64,000 nucleotides of DNA. Origin: Macrostomum lignano (Eukaryota). A model generated the notes under the pieces. That model was not told the origin of the DNA. It worked only from the letters and a program-made list of their open reading frames with translations, and made no database searches. Of the stretch, positions 1-13,000 are shown piece by piece. The DNA lies in NCBI GenBank assembly GCA_002269645.1, contig NIVC01000033.1, positions 175,335 to 239,334 on the forward strand. The letters run 5' to 3'. Each line of letters starts with the position of its first letter. Positions within the stretch are counted from its first letter, which is position 1. The translations under genes and the position numbers were made by a program.

Positions 1-719
1 ATATGAGAACTACTATCCGAGCTAAGTGCAAAGGAGCTTCAGTGGAGGTGAGACAGGAGACGCGGATGAAGCATGGTAAGTACATGTACATTAAGTTGTA
101 AGTAAATTAGCGGCAATACTATTGGTTATATAGAAACTGTGAATTTTTTACAATACCCATTAATCTGCAGGTCGGATGGATTCGGAAAGTGCAGTTCGGT
201 TTTTCGAGAATTGCCACTTCAAGAATTGCACGTTTCATTTTTAATGAGCAACTTCTGATGAACAGACTACGACTACTATGTTGTTTTTGTGTTAGGCGCG
301 TTTTCTGCTAAATACTCGTAGTTTTGTGGCTAAATAGTTTTGACTATCATTTTTCTTCTCACTAATATTACTATTGTTATGATTATCATTACTGTGAACA
401 TTATTCCCTTATGCCGGTTAATATATGAATACTTTAACTAATCGTCTATGGTTCAAACGTCTGTTAAAGCTGAAATAATGGCCAGTTGAGTTTGTCATTA
501 CGCCAGGCTGTGTCTTCTGGACAATGTACCCTTCGTGGAGGTCATGGAGGTCCAAAACAAAGTGGCCCTAAAATTAAAATGATGCTGGCCATCCAAGTTG
601 CTAAAATAATATTAGCTGTATTGAAAGCTGGCTGCTTGACAGCGTTTAAATAATAAGTATTGAATATTTATTAACTATTAATAACTATTAATATTTAAAT
701 GCATGACGAACGCTTTTGA

Positions 720-2470
720 AAAAATACCATCGGATACCATGCACCCCTGGAATTTAAAAACTCATATAGACACCTGGGATAAAATCCCATTGAATCCTGT
801 CGACACCTGGGAAAAATCCCCAAAATCCCCACCGAATTCCATAGACACCTGGGATAAAAATTCCCCATTGAGTCCCATAGAAACCTGGGAAAAAATCCCC
901 AGAGTCCTATAGGCACCTGGGATAAAACCCCACCGAGTCCCACAGACAACTGGGATAAAAATCCCCACTTAGTCCCACAGACATCTGGGATAAAAATTCC
1001 CCATTGAGTCCCATAGAAACCTGGGAAAAAATCCCCAGAGTCCTATAGGCACCTGGGATAAAACCCCACTGAGTCCCACAGACACCTGGGATAAAAATTA
1101 CCGTTGAATGCCATAGACATCTGGGATAAAAATCCACACTGAATCCCATAGACGCCTGAGATAAAAATCCCCACTGAATCCCATAGACGCCTGAGATAAA
1201 AATCCTCACTGAATCCCATAGACACCTGAGATAAAAATCCCCATTGAATCCCATAGACACCTGGGATAAAAAACACCGCTGAATCCCATAGACACCTGGG
1301 ATAAAAATCACCGCTGAATCCTATAGACACCTGGGATAAAAATCCCATTAAATCCCATAGACACCTGGGACAAAAATCCACACTGAATCCCATAGACACC
1401 TGAGATAAAAATCCCATTAAATCCCATAGACACCTGGGACAAAAATCCACACTGAACCCCATAGACACCTGAGATAAAAATCCCATTAAATCCCATAGAC
1501 ACCTGGGACAAAAATCCACACTGAATCCCATAGACACCTGAGATAAAAATCCCATTAAATCCCATAGACACCTGGGACAAAAATCCACACTGAATCCCAT
1601 AGACACCTGAGATAAAAATCCCATTAAATCCCATAGACACCTGGGACAAAAATCCACACTGAATCCCATAGACACCTGAGATAAAAATCCCATTAAATCC
1701 CATAGACACCTGGGATAAAAATCCACACTGAATCCCATAGACACCTGAGATAAAAATCCCATTAAATCCCATAGACACCTGGGACAAAAATCCACACTGA
1801 ATCCCATAGACACCTGAGATAAAAATCCCATTAAATCCCATAGACACCTGGGACAAAAATCCACACTGAATACGAGCTAACAACAAACAAATGAGATAAA
1901 AATCCCATTAAATTTCCATAGACACCTGGGACAAAAATCCACACTGAACCCCATAGACACCTGAGATAAAAATCCCATTAAATCCCATAGACACCTGGGA
2001 CAAAAATCCACACTGAATCCCATAGACACCTGAGATAAAAATCCCATTAAATCCCATAGACACCTGGGACAAAAATCCACACTGAATCCCATAGACACCT
2101 GAGATAAAAATCCCATTAAATCCCATAGACACCTGGGACAAAAATCCACACTGAATCCCATAGACACCTGAGATAAAAATCCCATTAAATCCCATAGACA
2201 CCTGGGATAAAAATCCACACTGAATCCCATAGACACCTGAGATAAAAATCCCATTAAATCCCATAGACACCTGGGACAAAAATCCACACTGAATCCCATA
2301 GACACCTGAGATAAAAATCACCGCTGAATCCCATAGACACCTGGGATAAAAATCACCGCTGAATCCTATAGACACCTGAGATAAAAATCCCATTAAATCC
2401 CATAGACACCTGGGACAAAAATCCACACTGAATACGAGCTAACAACAAACAAATGAGATAAAAATCCCCA
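720..2470. repeat. Minisatellite of 34+35-bp subunits forming a 69-bp higher-order unit (AATCCCATAGACACCTG core)
   Basis: Directly visible; gives the 23-aa periodicity of the overlapping ORFs; lies in TLCD5 intron 1. Confidence 0.95.
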
Positions 2471-2491
2471 TTAAATTCCATCGATGCTCAC

Positions 2492-2729
2492 CCTGCATTT
2501 CCCAGTAGACGGCGTTGCGCCTAAAGCTCGCCAAATCCCAGCCGGCCAGCGCCGTGACCAAGCAGGCGTGCGCCACCGTCACCATGCGGCAGCGCCATTC
2601 GCGCGAAAAATGGCGCGTGGCGCCAAACACGGCCAGAAATTTGTAGGCGCCGGTCCAGCAGGCGAAAGCGAAGGCCACTTCGGCTGCCAAGCGGCCGGTG
2701 CTGGCTGAGCAGCCAAGGTCGGCGGGCAT
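2492..2729 (-). CDS. TLCD5: TLC-domain membrane protein (TLCD5/TMEM136-like), first coding exon; the remainder probably lies beyond the left window edge
   Basis: ATG at 2729; the translation ...FSREWRCRMVTVAHACLVTALAGW resembles the TMEM136 N-terminal EWSCRLVTFTHG motif (recalled, not searched). Donor GTGAG at 2491 (phase 1). No in-frame continuation exon was found in 1-700. Confidence 0.7.
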
Positions 2730-2859
2730 GCCGGGATTTCAATACTTGGCTTCACTTGAGCTGCAATAAACTGCGGTTTCTACTGCCAGTAGCAGATCTG
2801 GGAAATTCTCTGCCGATCATGAATAAAAAGCAGTGTTTAAAATGAAGCTGGAACTTTAG

Positions 2860-3550
2860 GGGTGATTTTGGGGTGGCTTAGAGATGATTATGGAGTGGCC
2901 TAGGGATGATTTTGTGGGGGCTTACGGATGATTTTAAGTGGCTTAGAGATGATTTTGGGGTGGCTTAGGGATGATTTTGTGGGTGCTTAGGGATGATTTT
3001 GGGTGGCTTAGGGATGACTTTGGGGTGGCTTAGGGATGATCTTGGGGTGGCTTAGGGATGACTTTGAGGTGGCTTAGGGATGATTTTGGGTGGCTTAGGG
3101 ATGACTTTGGGGTGGCTTAGGGATGATTTTGGGGTGGCTTAGGGATGATTTTGTGGGGGCTTAGGGATGATTTTGTGGGGGCTTAGGGATGATTTTGGGG
3201 TGGCTTAGGGATGATTTTGGGTGGCTTAGGGATGATTTTGTGAGTGGCTTAGAGATGATTTTGGGGTGGCTTAGGGATGATTTTGTGGGGGCTTAGGGAT
3301 GATTTTGGGGTGGCTTAGGGATGACTTTGAGGTGGCTTAGGGATGATTTTGGGGTGGCTTAGGGATGATTTTGTGGGGGCTTAGGGATGATTTTGGGGTG
3401 GCTTAGGGATGATTTTGGGGTAGCTTAGCGATGACTTTGAGGTGGCTTAGAATGATTTGCGAGTGGCTTAGGGATGATTATGGAGTGGCATAGGGATTAT
3501 TTTGAAGTGGCTTAGGGATGATTTTAGGGTGGCTTAGGAATGATTTTGAT
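2860..3550. repeat. ~22-bp G-rich minisatellite TGGCTTAGGGATGATTTTGGGG
   Basis: Directly visible, between the SCYL3 3' end and TLCD5. Confidence 0.95.
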
Positions 3551-4043
3551 GCCTAGTATGAAGAACTCGAGGTAAAATAAGAAACTAAGGAAAAGTCTCT
3601 AGCAAATAACAGGACACCCAAACTGAATAAAATGCGCCGTGACTACTAACAGTAAAATATAATAACCGAATATATTTAGCAACGAGACTTGCACTAAAAT
3701 TCAAATCTTGACTTATTTCGCATGCAGTGGCAATGTAGCGAGCAAACGCATCAGTGCAATTACTATAAACCATGCAATAGAATTGAAGCAAAGGTTATTA
3801 AATATCATCCTGGAAGCAAATCATAAGTTTTCTTATCACCAATTAAGACAGAGAAGGATAACGGCAGTAAAACAAAGAAGCTACCAAGAAAACGCCAATA
3901 GCAGAAATTTCAATAGCCAGAACAAATTCCGAAAGAGCAACTGTGGAACTTTTTTGAGTTCTGGAGCAATTCTCTGTCTCGGACAGTTTTTGGCCCCTGC
4001 TGGAGATTAGCGATTAGAAAGAGATCCGGCTGACTGATGGCAA

Positions 4044-7000
4044 TTAAGCATCTCCGGCTGATGCTGGTCTCTCAGTTGCCGCAGGCTGCTGGTCCTCGCC
4101 GGCGCCTCCGTTGCACCGGCCGGGAGCAGCGGCGCTCGCGTCCTCGTCGCCATCGACCTCCTCGTCGAGTCCCCAGGCGTCGCCGTCGTCGCTCCAGCCG
4201 TCCGCAGCGTCCGCTTCGCCGCCTTCGCCCTCCGCCATCGCCAAGGCCAGCGCGGCAGACGGTGCCGTCTGCTGCTGCTGCTGCTTCTTCTGCTCTTTAG
4301 TTGCCATGGAAACCGACACCGGAGATGACGCACCGCGGATGCTGGGCTCCAGTTCGGCCAGAAATTCGTCGATCTGCCGGCCGGCGGCGGTCACCACCGG
4401 CTTGATGGTCAGTGCCTCGGCCGTCAGGCCGGCCGTTTGTGATGACGAAGGCGGAGGCTGCTTGGACGGTGCGGGCGCCGGCTGGCTGTCCGACGCAGCG
4501 ATTTCGACGTCCCCAGCGTTGCCGGCATCGCTACCGCCGCCCCCCGCCATCCCATCGCTCTCCCATTCGTTGCCCCAGTCTGCATCGTCGTCATCCGGGT
4601 CGGAGAGCGTCGCCACTGGCGGCGGCTCCTCAGCAACGGTTGCCAGGCGGGAGTTGTCGTCCTGGGCAGCCGATTTTCTGGGAGGATTGCGGCGGTGAAA
4701 CGGTAAACCATGAAACCCAATCCCAATGAACCCCAATGAAATCCGGAATCCCACACCCAAACCCATACCCAATCCGGAATCCCACACCCAAACCCATACC
4801 CAATCCGGAATCCCACACCCAAACCCATACCCAATCCGGAATCCCACACCCAAACCCATACCCAATTTGGAATCTCACACCCAAACCCATCCAGACAATC
4901 CGGAATCCCATACCCAAACCCATACCCAATCCGGAATCCCACACCCAATCCGAAATCCCAAAAACAAACCCATACCCAACCCTACCCTACTCAACCCTAC
5001 TCAACCCTACACTCAAGCCCACACTCAAGCCCACACTCAACCCCACACTCAACCCCACACCCAACCCCACACTCAACCCTACACTCAACCCCACACTCAA
5101 CCCCACACTCAACCCCACACTCAACCCCACACCCAACCCCACACCCAACCCCACACCCAACCCCACACCCAATCCCACACCAAGCCCCTCGCTCTCCGGC
5201 GGCTCACAGTCGGTGCCGGTCAGCCAGAATCCTGGCCGACTCGGCCTCCACCATCGCCGCCTGCCGACGGGCCTCGGCCGCCGCGGCCTCCTCCGGCCCC
5301 TTGTAGCGGTCGCTGAGAGCGGCGAGGTCTCTCAGCGGCAGCGGGGCGGAGCCGGCGCCGCAGCTGCTGCTGCTGTTGAAGCCGCTGTCACCGACGCCCG
5401 CCGCCGTCCCCAGCTGGTCGGTCGGGTCGCCAGGCGCGGCGCCGAGGAGCCGCCGACGCGGCTGGGCGTCGGTGAACAGCGACTGCCTGGTGGCGTCGGC
5501 CTTGTCGCCGAACAAAGCGGCGTAGCCGGCCAGCGGCAGGAGGGCGGCGACGGCCAGGTGGGTCCGCGCCACCAGCCGGTCGTGTCGGTCGCGAAGGCCC
5601 AGCAGCAGCTCGGGAATCAGCGAGCGATGCGCGCTGCGGAATGGACGGACGAGTTGCTTTTTTATCCGAGTTTTGTCACTGTTTCTCTGGCTAAATCTTC
5701 ATTCTTATACAGGAATCGCCATTTCCATAAATAAATCCTCATTTCCCATTTCTAAATCCTCATTCTCATACAGGAATCGCCTTTTCCATACCTAAATCCT
5801 CATTTCCCATTCCTAAATCCTCATTTCCCGTTCATAAATACTCATTTCCCATTCCTAAATCCTCATTTCCCATTCCTAAATCCTCATTCTTATACAGGAA
5901 TCGCCATTTCCATACCTAAATCCTCATTTCCCATTCCTAAATCCTCATTTCCCATTCCTAAATCCTCATTTCACGTTCCTAAATCCTCATTTCCCATTCC
6001 TAAATCCTCATTTCACGTTCCTAAATCCTCATTTCCCATTCCTAAATCCTCATTTCCCATTCCTAAATCCTCATTTCACGTTCATAAATCCTCATTTCCC
6101 ATTCCTAAATCCTCATTTCACGTTCCTAAATCCTCATTTCCCATTCCTAAATCCTCATTTCCCACTCCCAAATCCTCATTTCCCATTCCTAAATCCTCAT
6201 TTCCCATTCCTAAATCCTCATTTCCCATTCCTAAATCCTTACTTTCCATTCCAAATCATCATTTCCCATTCCTAAATCCTCATTTCCCATTCCTAAATCC
6301 TTACTTTCCATTCCAAATCATCATTTCCCATTCCTAAATCCTCATTTCCCACTCCTAAATCCTCATTTCCCATTCCTAAATCCTTACTTTCCATTCCAAA
6401 TCATCATTTCCCATTCCTAAATCCTCATTTTCCTCATTTTATGCTCAATGAAAATCCCCATTTCCCCAGAGCGGCTCACCCGGCCCAGTCCAGCAAGTGG
6501 CAGTAGGCCGGGAAATGCTCCAGCAGTGCGCAGCGCACGGGCAGATCCCGGATGCGCAGCACCATGGCCAGGTACGGCACGAGTTCGCGCTGAAAATTGG
6601 CCTCGCTTAGTAGGCAGTCGCCGTCTGGGGGCCTGGCGGCGCCCCGGTAGGGACGCAACAGGTATGGCAACAGGTAAGTGGCTGCCATGGGGTGCGTGAG
6701 CGGCAGGCGGCCAAGAAGCAGCCGGCCGAGGCGCCTGTGGGCGGTCGGTTGGGAAAATTAGTGGGGCGGATTTAGGATCCTCAAGGGCGGATTTAGGATC
6801 CTTAAGGGCGGATTTAGGATCCTCAAGGGCGGATTTAGGATCCTCAAGGGCGGATTACGGATCCTCAAGGGCGGATTAAGGATCCTCAAGGGCGGATTAA
6901 GGATCCTTAAGGGCGGATTAAGGATCCTCAAGGGCGGATTAAGGATCCTTAAGGGCGGATTAAGGATCTTCAAGGGCGGATTAAGGATCCTCAAGGGCGG

Positions 7001-10000
7001 ATTAAGGATCCTCAAGGGCAGATTAAGGATCCTTACGGGCGGATTAAGGATCCTTAAGGGCGGATTAAGGATCCTTAAGGGCGGATTAAGGATCCTCAAG
7101 GGCGGATTAAGGATCCTTAAGGGCGGATTAAGGATCCTTAAGGGCGGATTAAGGATCCTCAAGGGCGGATTAAGGATCCTCAAGGGCGGATTAAGGATCC
7201 TCAAGGGCGGATTAAGGATCCTTAACCCCAAGACTGCGGATGGCCTGCTCTGCAGGTCATGGTCTCATATCTATGGTCTGCGGCTCAATTTGCTGCTGAT
7301 ATGTTAAAACATTTCTAATGAGTCTTAGTTTGCGGCTGTGGCCTGCAGAGCAGGCCATGAAAAAGTCGGTTGTTTTAAGTAATTTTTTTGTTCCTTTTAA
7401 CAGCTGATTTTTTCTATACTATGGCGCAACAGGGATACTAAACGAGTTATGAAGTGTGAATATATTTTCTCAACAGTCATTGGAATAGTGAATAAAAGTT
7501 CAAAGACATAGTGAAAAATTTACGAAAACAAGTAATACGAACAAGTTTAAAATGATAAGCGAGTAATTCAACAACGACCAACAAACATCGATAACACCAA
7601 GTACGAGTAGCAGTCATAGGCATAACAGCAGGTGAGTCACAATTTAACAAATAGTTATAATTAATTTTGATTGGCATGCCAATCTCCGAAGCAGGGCACA
7701 GCGCAAAGACCTGGATTTCCCTGGCAGTGATCGCAACAATAGACAGTTTTCTTGACTCGGCCACTCTTGTAACACTGTCTGCAACGCTTGGCTGGCCGAG
7801 CCTGGGCACCTGTTGGCCGGAGGCGCTTCAGGAGATGCTGCTGCCTATTGGGTCCTGTGCCAGGCTGTGCTTGAATTTGCCGGCTCCGTGCAGGTCCAGT
7901 AGTCTGGATGAAGCCCTTGATGGTTAATTCCAGGAACTTCAGGAAGTCGTACGAGCCGCCACGGGACTGGTACACAACCCAACCGTTTCTGACAAGGACC
8001 AAGAAAAAGTGGGCCCCTAGCTTGGCAAACCACTTTTGTGTCCTTCTGTTTGGGCTATACGGCTGTAGGCCAGAGTCCAGCTTATCAACACCGCCCATAA
8101 AGCTATTGTACGATGTTGCTGTTAGAGGCTTGAGTTCGACAACTTCCTGATTTCCTTGAATGGTGCGGTGAACATGTTGAATGGCGGCGGCATTTTTGGT
8201 GTCAATAAAATACACCGTCTTTGTACCAGATGCCTTTCTGACGACGTACTTCACAGCAAGTACACTGCCGCTTCGCATGAAGGCACAGCCTGGAGCGGGC
8301 ACGGCCAGATCTCTCAATTCAACGGGGACACCGCGGTTTGCACGCACTGTGCAGGTCAGCAGTGTGCCGTGATGCAGCAGGTAGTCTGCTAGGCGATGCG
8401 ATCCGAACCAGCTGTCGCAAACGACATGGTAGCCAAGGTCCAGTACATATCGGCATGTCTCAACCAGCACCTTCTCGCTCATCGAAAGTCCTTCACATCC
8501 CAGATCTTGACCAAACTTATCATTCTCGGCTTTGCTCGAATGCACAAGAAAGTTGCAAACATAACCTGTTTTTGCCTCGCACAAGCAATAAATTTTAATG
8601 CCATACCGCGCTTTCTTTGCTGGAATATATTGGCGGAACAGTACTCTTCCTCTGAACAGCACCAGTTCTTCGTCTACGCTTAGCTCCTTCTCTGGCATGT
8701 ACACGTTCCGGCAGATCCGCGACACACAGTTGATGAAGGGCCTGGCCTTAGCCAGAGGATCAGCGGCGTCAAAGTTGGAGCAGTCATAGAAGCGTAGTAG
8801 ACTGCTGATCTGCTGAAACCTGTCTCTTGGCAGACATGCTTGCTGCTGGAAGAATGGCGTAGAATAGAACCCGCTTTTAGACCAATAGTGGGTCACTTCC
8901 GGTTTTTTTACTACTCCCATATAAAGGGACATTGCGACGAACTTTGAAATCTCATTTACAGTGACATCCTTCCAGCTGGAAAATCGCGATGGTAGCTGTT
9001 CATCCTGAAGATCTTCGAACTCGCGCCACGCTCGAGCATTCGTCCAGTCGCACAGCTTCTGTAGCAATTCGGGTGTCAGAAACATTCGGCTGAAAGCTAC
9101 TGGATCTTCGTCAGCGTTCTCGGGTTGCGGCAAATCCGGATTGACACCTGGCATGCCAAGGAACTCCGGATCCTGGTTCGGCTTCTGATCTTGGCCAGGG
9201 TGGCATGCATGCCAAACATTGGTTGCACCATGGGCAGCGGCTAAGCCTTCATCTACCTCTTGCATTTCCATGCCTCCTTGTTCGGTTTCGTCCTCATCAT
9301 CAGTGAAAAAACTGTCGTCTCCTTCTTCAAACTCGGGATCAGTATCAGTATCAAAATGCTCCGCTTGAGCCATAATGACGATAAGTAGTGTTAAAAAATT
9401 GAAAAGGACGTTAATAGAAACTGCTCTAGCTTAAAAACTGAGCCACAAGCTGTACAAATACAATCCAAAAGTTTCAAAGACTAAATACTCAGTAGGAGCT
9501 GCTACCGCAAACTAAAGACATGTCAGCCAAAGATTAAAAAATGTTCATGGCCTGCAGGGCAGGCCAAGCCGCAAACTGTGTCTATGACATGAACTCATCA
9601 ACGCAGTCTAGGGGTTAAGGGCGGATTAAGGATCCTCAAGGGCGGATTAAGGATCCTCAAGGGCGGATTAGGGATCCTCAAGGGCGGATTAAGGATCCTT
9701 AAGGGCGGATTAGGGATCCTCAAGGGCAGATTAAGGATCCTTAAGGGCGTATTAGCCCCTGAAGGGCGGATGTAGCCATCATATAGGATTCTAAAGGGCG
9801 GATTTAGGATTTTTAGGGGCGGATTCAGGATTTCCAAGAGCGGATGTAGGCCCCTTAAGGGCGGATGTAGGATTCTTAGGGGCGGTTTTATGATTCTTAA
9901 GGGCGGAAACCCTCACCTGGCAACCAGGCCCTCCGGCAGCTCGAACAAACGACTCTTCAACGCCACGTAGAACTGCCTCAGTTCGTCTTCGCTTTTCAAC

Positions 10001-13000
10001 GAGAAGTCGGCCAGAAAGCCGGACAGCTGGGTGAAGCAGTTGGCCGAAAATGCCACGTGACGCTGCAGCCGTTTGGCCGGGGTTCGCTCGGTTGGCGAGG
10101 CCGAGCACAGGCAGTTCTTGGCCAGGTTGCGCAGCTGGTCTAGGTGCTGCCGCCGCCGCTGCTGCTGGGGCTGGGGCTGGGGGTCCGGCAGCTTCGAGCA
10201 TCTGACGGCGTCGATGGCGTCGCAGATGTCGAGGGCGGTGCGGCCCAAGCAGTACAGATCGAAGGAGTCGCGTCTGTCGGCGCTGAACACGTAGGCCTGT
10301 ATGATGGGGATGGAGATCAGTGTGTTTTTCAAGTCCTCGCTGCGCTACTGCTAGTAGGATGGTACAGAATTTTAACTGTAGTTTTTTGTTATAGACCACA
10401 GATACTACATGTAAGTGTTACAATAACTAGATCGGCCACTCAGCACATATGTGTGTAAGCTACTTGCAGTTCAGTAGTAAGTTAAACAGAAGCATGTTGA
10501 TGTATTTTTAAAGCCAAGGCTCATTTTATTGGCTCTTACCCGCCCCCTGGCCTAGCTTAAACCCTTTAACAGCGCCTTTCCACACTACCCCCGCGCCCCG
10601 TCCCAATTTTATTGCCTTTCTCGGAATTCCAGCCTAAAGCTGCCATGTACATTTCAGTTGAGTAGCTAATGTACATTATGGCTAAACCAATTAGCAAGTT
10701 GCTTACGCCTGCAAGCTTGGCTGGCTTCTTATCAAAAATCATTTCAGCTGACTTATTTTTAATATTTTTCAGCTGAAATAGCTAAGATGTATTCTTTTTT
10801 GCTACTGAACTGAAAGTAGGCTGTTTTACTTAGCATATGTATGCCTGAGTGGCCCATCTAGTTGTTTTACTGTCTGTGTTTAACATGTTCAGGTCAGGGC
10901 AGGGGTATTTTTTGTCAGGTGTCGCGTTTTGGTCAGGAATAATTTTGATCAGGGGTACTCGTAATTTTAGTTAAATTTTACTTTTGAGTCTCTTGCTGAA
11001 TAAAAAACAACAAGCAGTTTTCGCATAATTTTTGTTAATAATTAACGAAAAGTCAAACCCGGAAATAACGAGATAAAAAATGTGTTTTACACTATAATAG
11101 CTTATTGACACTTAAAACAAGCCACCAACCTCGTCCCTATCGATTGCGCAATCGCCTAGTCGAGTTCGCACTGTCTTCAGCACATCAGCTGACATCTGAC
11201 CGAATGGTCGGCATAGCTCGAACCCGCCCAGCTTCCACTGGCCCTGGCTGGTGCAGAACAGACTGCGCTGGCACACATTATTGTGGGACAGCTGCGCCTG
11301 CGGCAGGGGTGGGTTGGAGCGGATTCTACATTTTCCTGTTTGGGGCGATTCTTGTGGCCATTTTATGGCAATTTTAGAGCGATTCTTGTGACAAGTTTGG
11401 GGCGATTATTGTGACAAGTTTGGGGCGATTCTTGTGACAAGTTTGGGGCGATTCTTGTGACAAGTTTGGGGCGATTCTTGTGACCAGTTTGGGGCGATTC
11501 TTGTGACGAGTTTGGGGCGATTTTTGTGACAAGTTTGGGGCGATTCTTGTGACAAGTTTGGGGCGATTCTTGTGACAAGTTTGGGGCGATTCTTGTGACG
11601 AGTTTGGGGCAATTCTTGTGACAAGTTTGGGGCGATTCTTGTGACCAGTTTAAGGCGATTCTTGTGACCAGTTTGGGGCGATTCTTATGACGAGTTTGGG
11701 GCGATTCTTATGACGAGTTTGGGGCGATTCTTGTGACAAGTTTGGGGCGATTCTTGTGACCAGTTTGGGGCGATTTTTGTGACAAGTTTGGGGCGATTCT
11801 TGTGACAAGTTTGGGGCGATTCTTGTGACGAGTTTGGGGCGATTTTTGTGACAAGTTTGGGGCGATTCTTGTGACAAGTTTGGGGCGATTCTTATGACGA
11901 GTTTGGGGCGATTCTTGTGACCAGTTTGGGGCGATTCTTATGACGAGTTTGGGGCGATTCTTGTGACCACTTTGAGGCGATTATTGTGACCAGTTTGGGG
12001 CGATTCTTATGACGAGTTTGGGGCGATTATTGTGACAAGTTTGGGGCGATTCTTGTGACGAGTTTGGGGCGATTTTTGTGACCAGTTTTGTGCGTTTCTT
12101 CTGACCACTTTGGGGTGATTTATAATTTTTTGTGACGAGTTTGGGGCGATTCTTATGACAAGTTTGGGGCGATTCTTGTGACCAGTTTGGGGTGATTCTT
12201 GGGACCACTTTGAAGCGATTCTTGTGACCAATTTGGGGCGATTCTTGTGACCACTTTGAGGCGATTCTTGTGACAAGTTTGGGGTGATTCTTGTGACAAG
12301 TTTGAGGCGATTCTTGTGACCAGTTTAAGGCGATTCTTGTGACAAGTTTGGGGCGATTCTTATGACGAGTTTGGGGCGATTCTTGTGACCAGTTTGGGGC
12401 GATTCTTATGACGAGTTTGGGGCGATTCTTGTGACCACTTTGAGGCGATTATTGTGACCAGTTTGGGGCGATTCTTATGACGAGTTTGGGGCGATTATTG
12501 TGACAAGTTTGGGGCGATTCTTGTGACGAGTTTGGGGCGATTTTTGTGACCAGTTTTGTGCGTTTCTTCTGACCACTTTGGGGTGATTTATAATTTTTTG
12601 TGACGAGTTTGGGGCGATTCTTATGACAAGTTTGGGGCGATTCTTGTGACCAGTTTGGGGTGATTCTTGGGACCACTTTGAAGCGATTCTTGTGACCAAT
12701 TTGGGGCGATTCTTGTGACCACTTTGAGGCGATTCTTGTGACAAGTTTGGGGCGATTCTTGTGACAAGTTTGAGGCGATTCTTGTGACCAGTTTAAGGCG
12801 ATTCTTGTGACCAGTTTGGGGCGATTCTTATGACGAGTTTGGGGCGATTCTTGTGACAAGTTTGGGGCGATTCTTGTGACCAGTTTGGGGCGATTTTTGT
12901 GACGAGTTTGGGCGATTTTACGCAAATTTAGGATGATTCTTAAGGCGATTTTTGTGAAATTTTTTAAACTATTAACTGGTTCTTAAAAGTTTATGGGACA

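Noticed and set aside
1-620. Possible plus-strand exons (donor GTAAGT at 76, acceptor near 506)
   Set aside because: Several short readings are possible and none is recognisable. They would be nested antisense in the TLCD5 intron and cannot be supported without the upstream window.
4111-5734. Plus-strand ORFs 4111-4698 and 4736-5734
   Set aside because: They are antisense shadows of GC-rich SCYL3 exons, extended by repeats.
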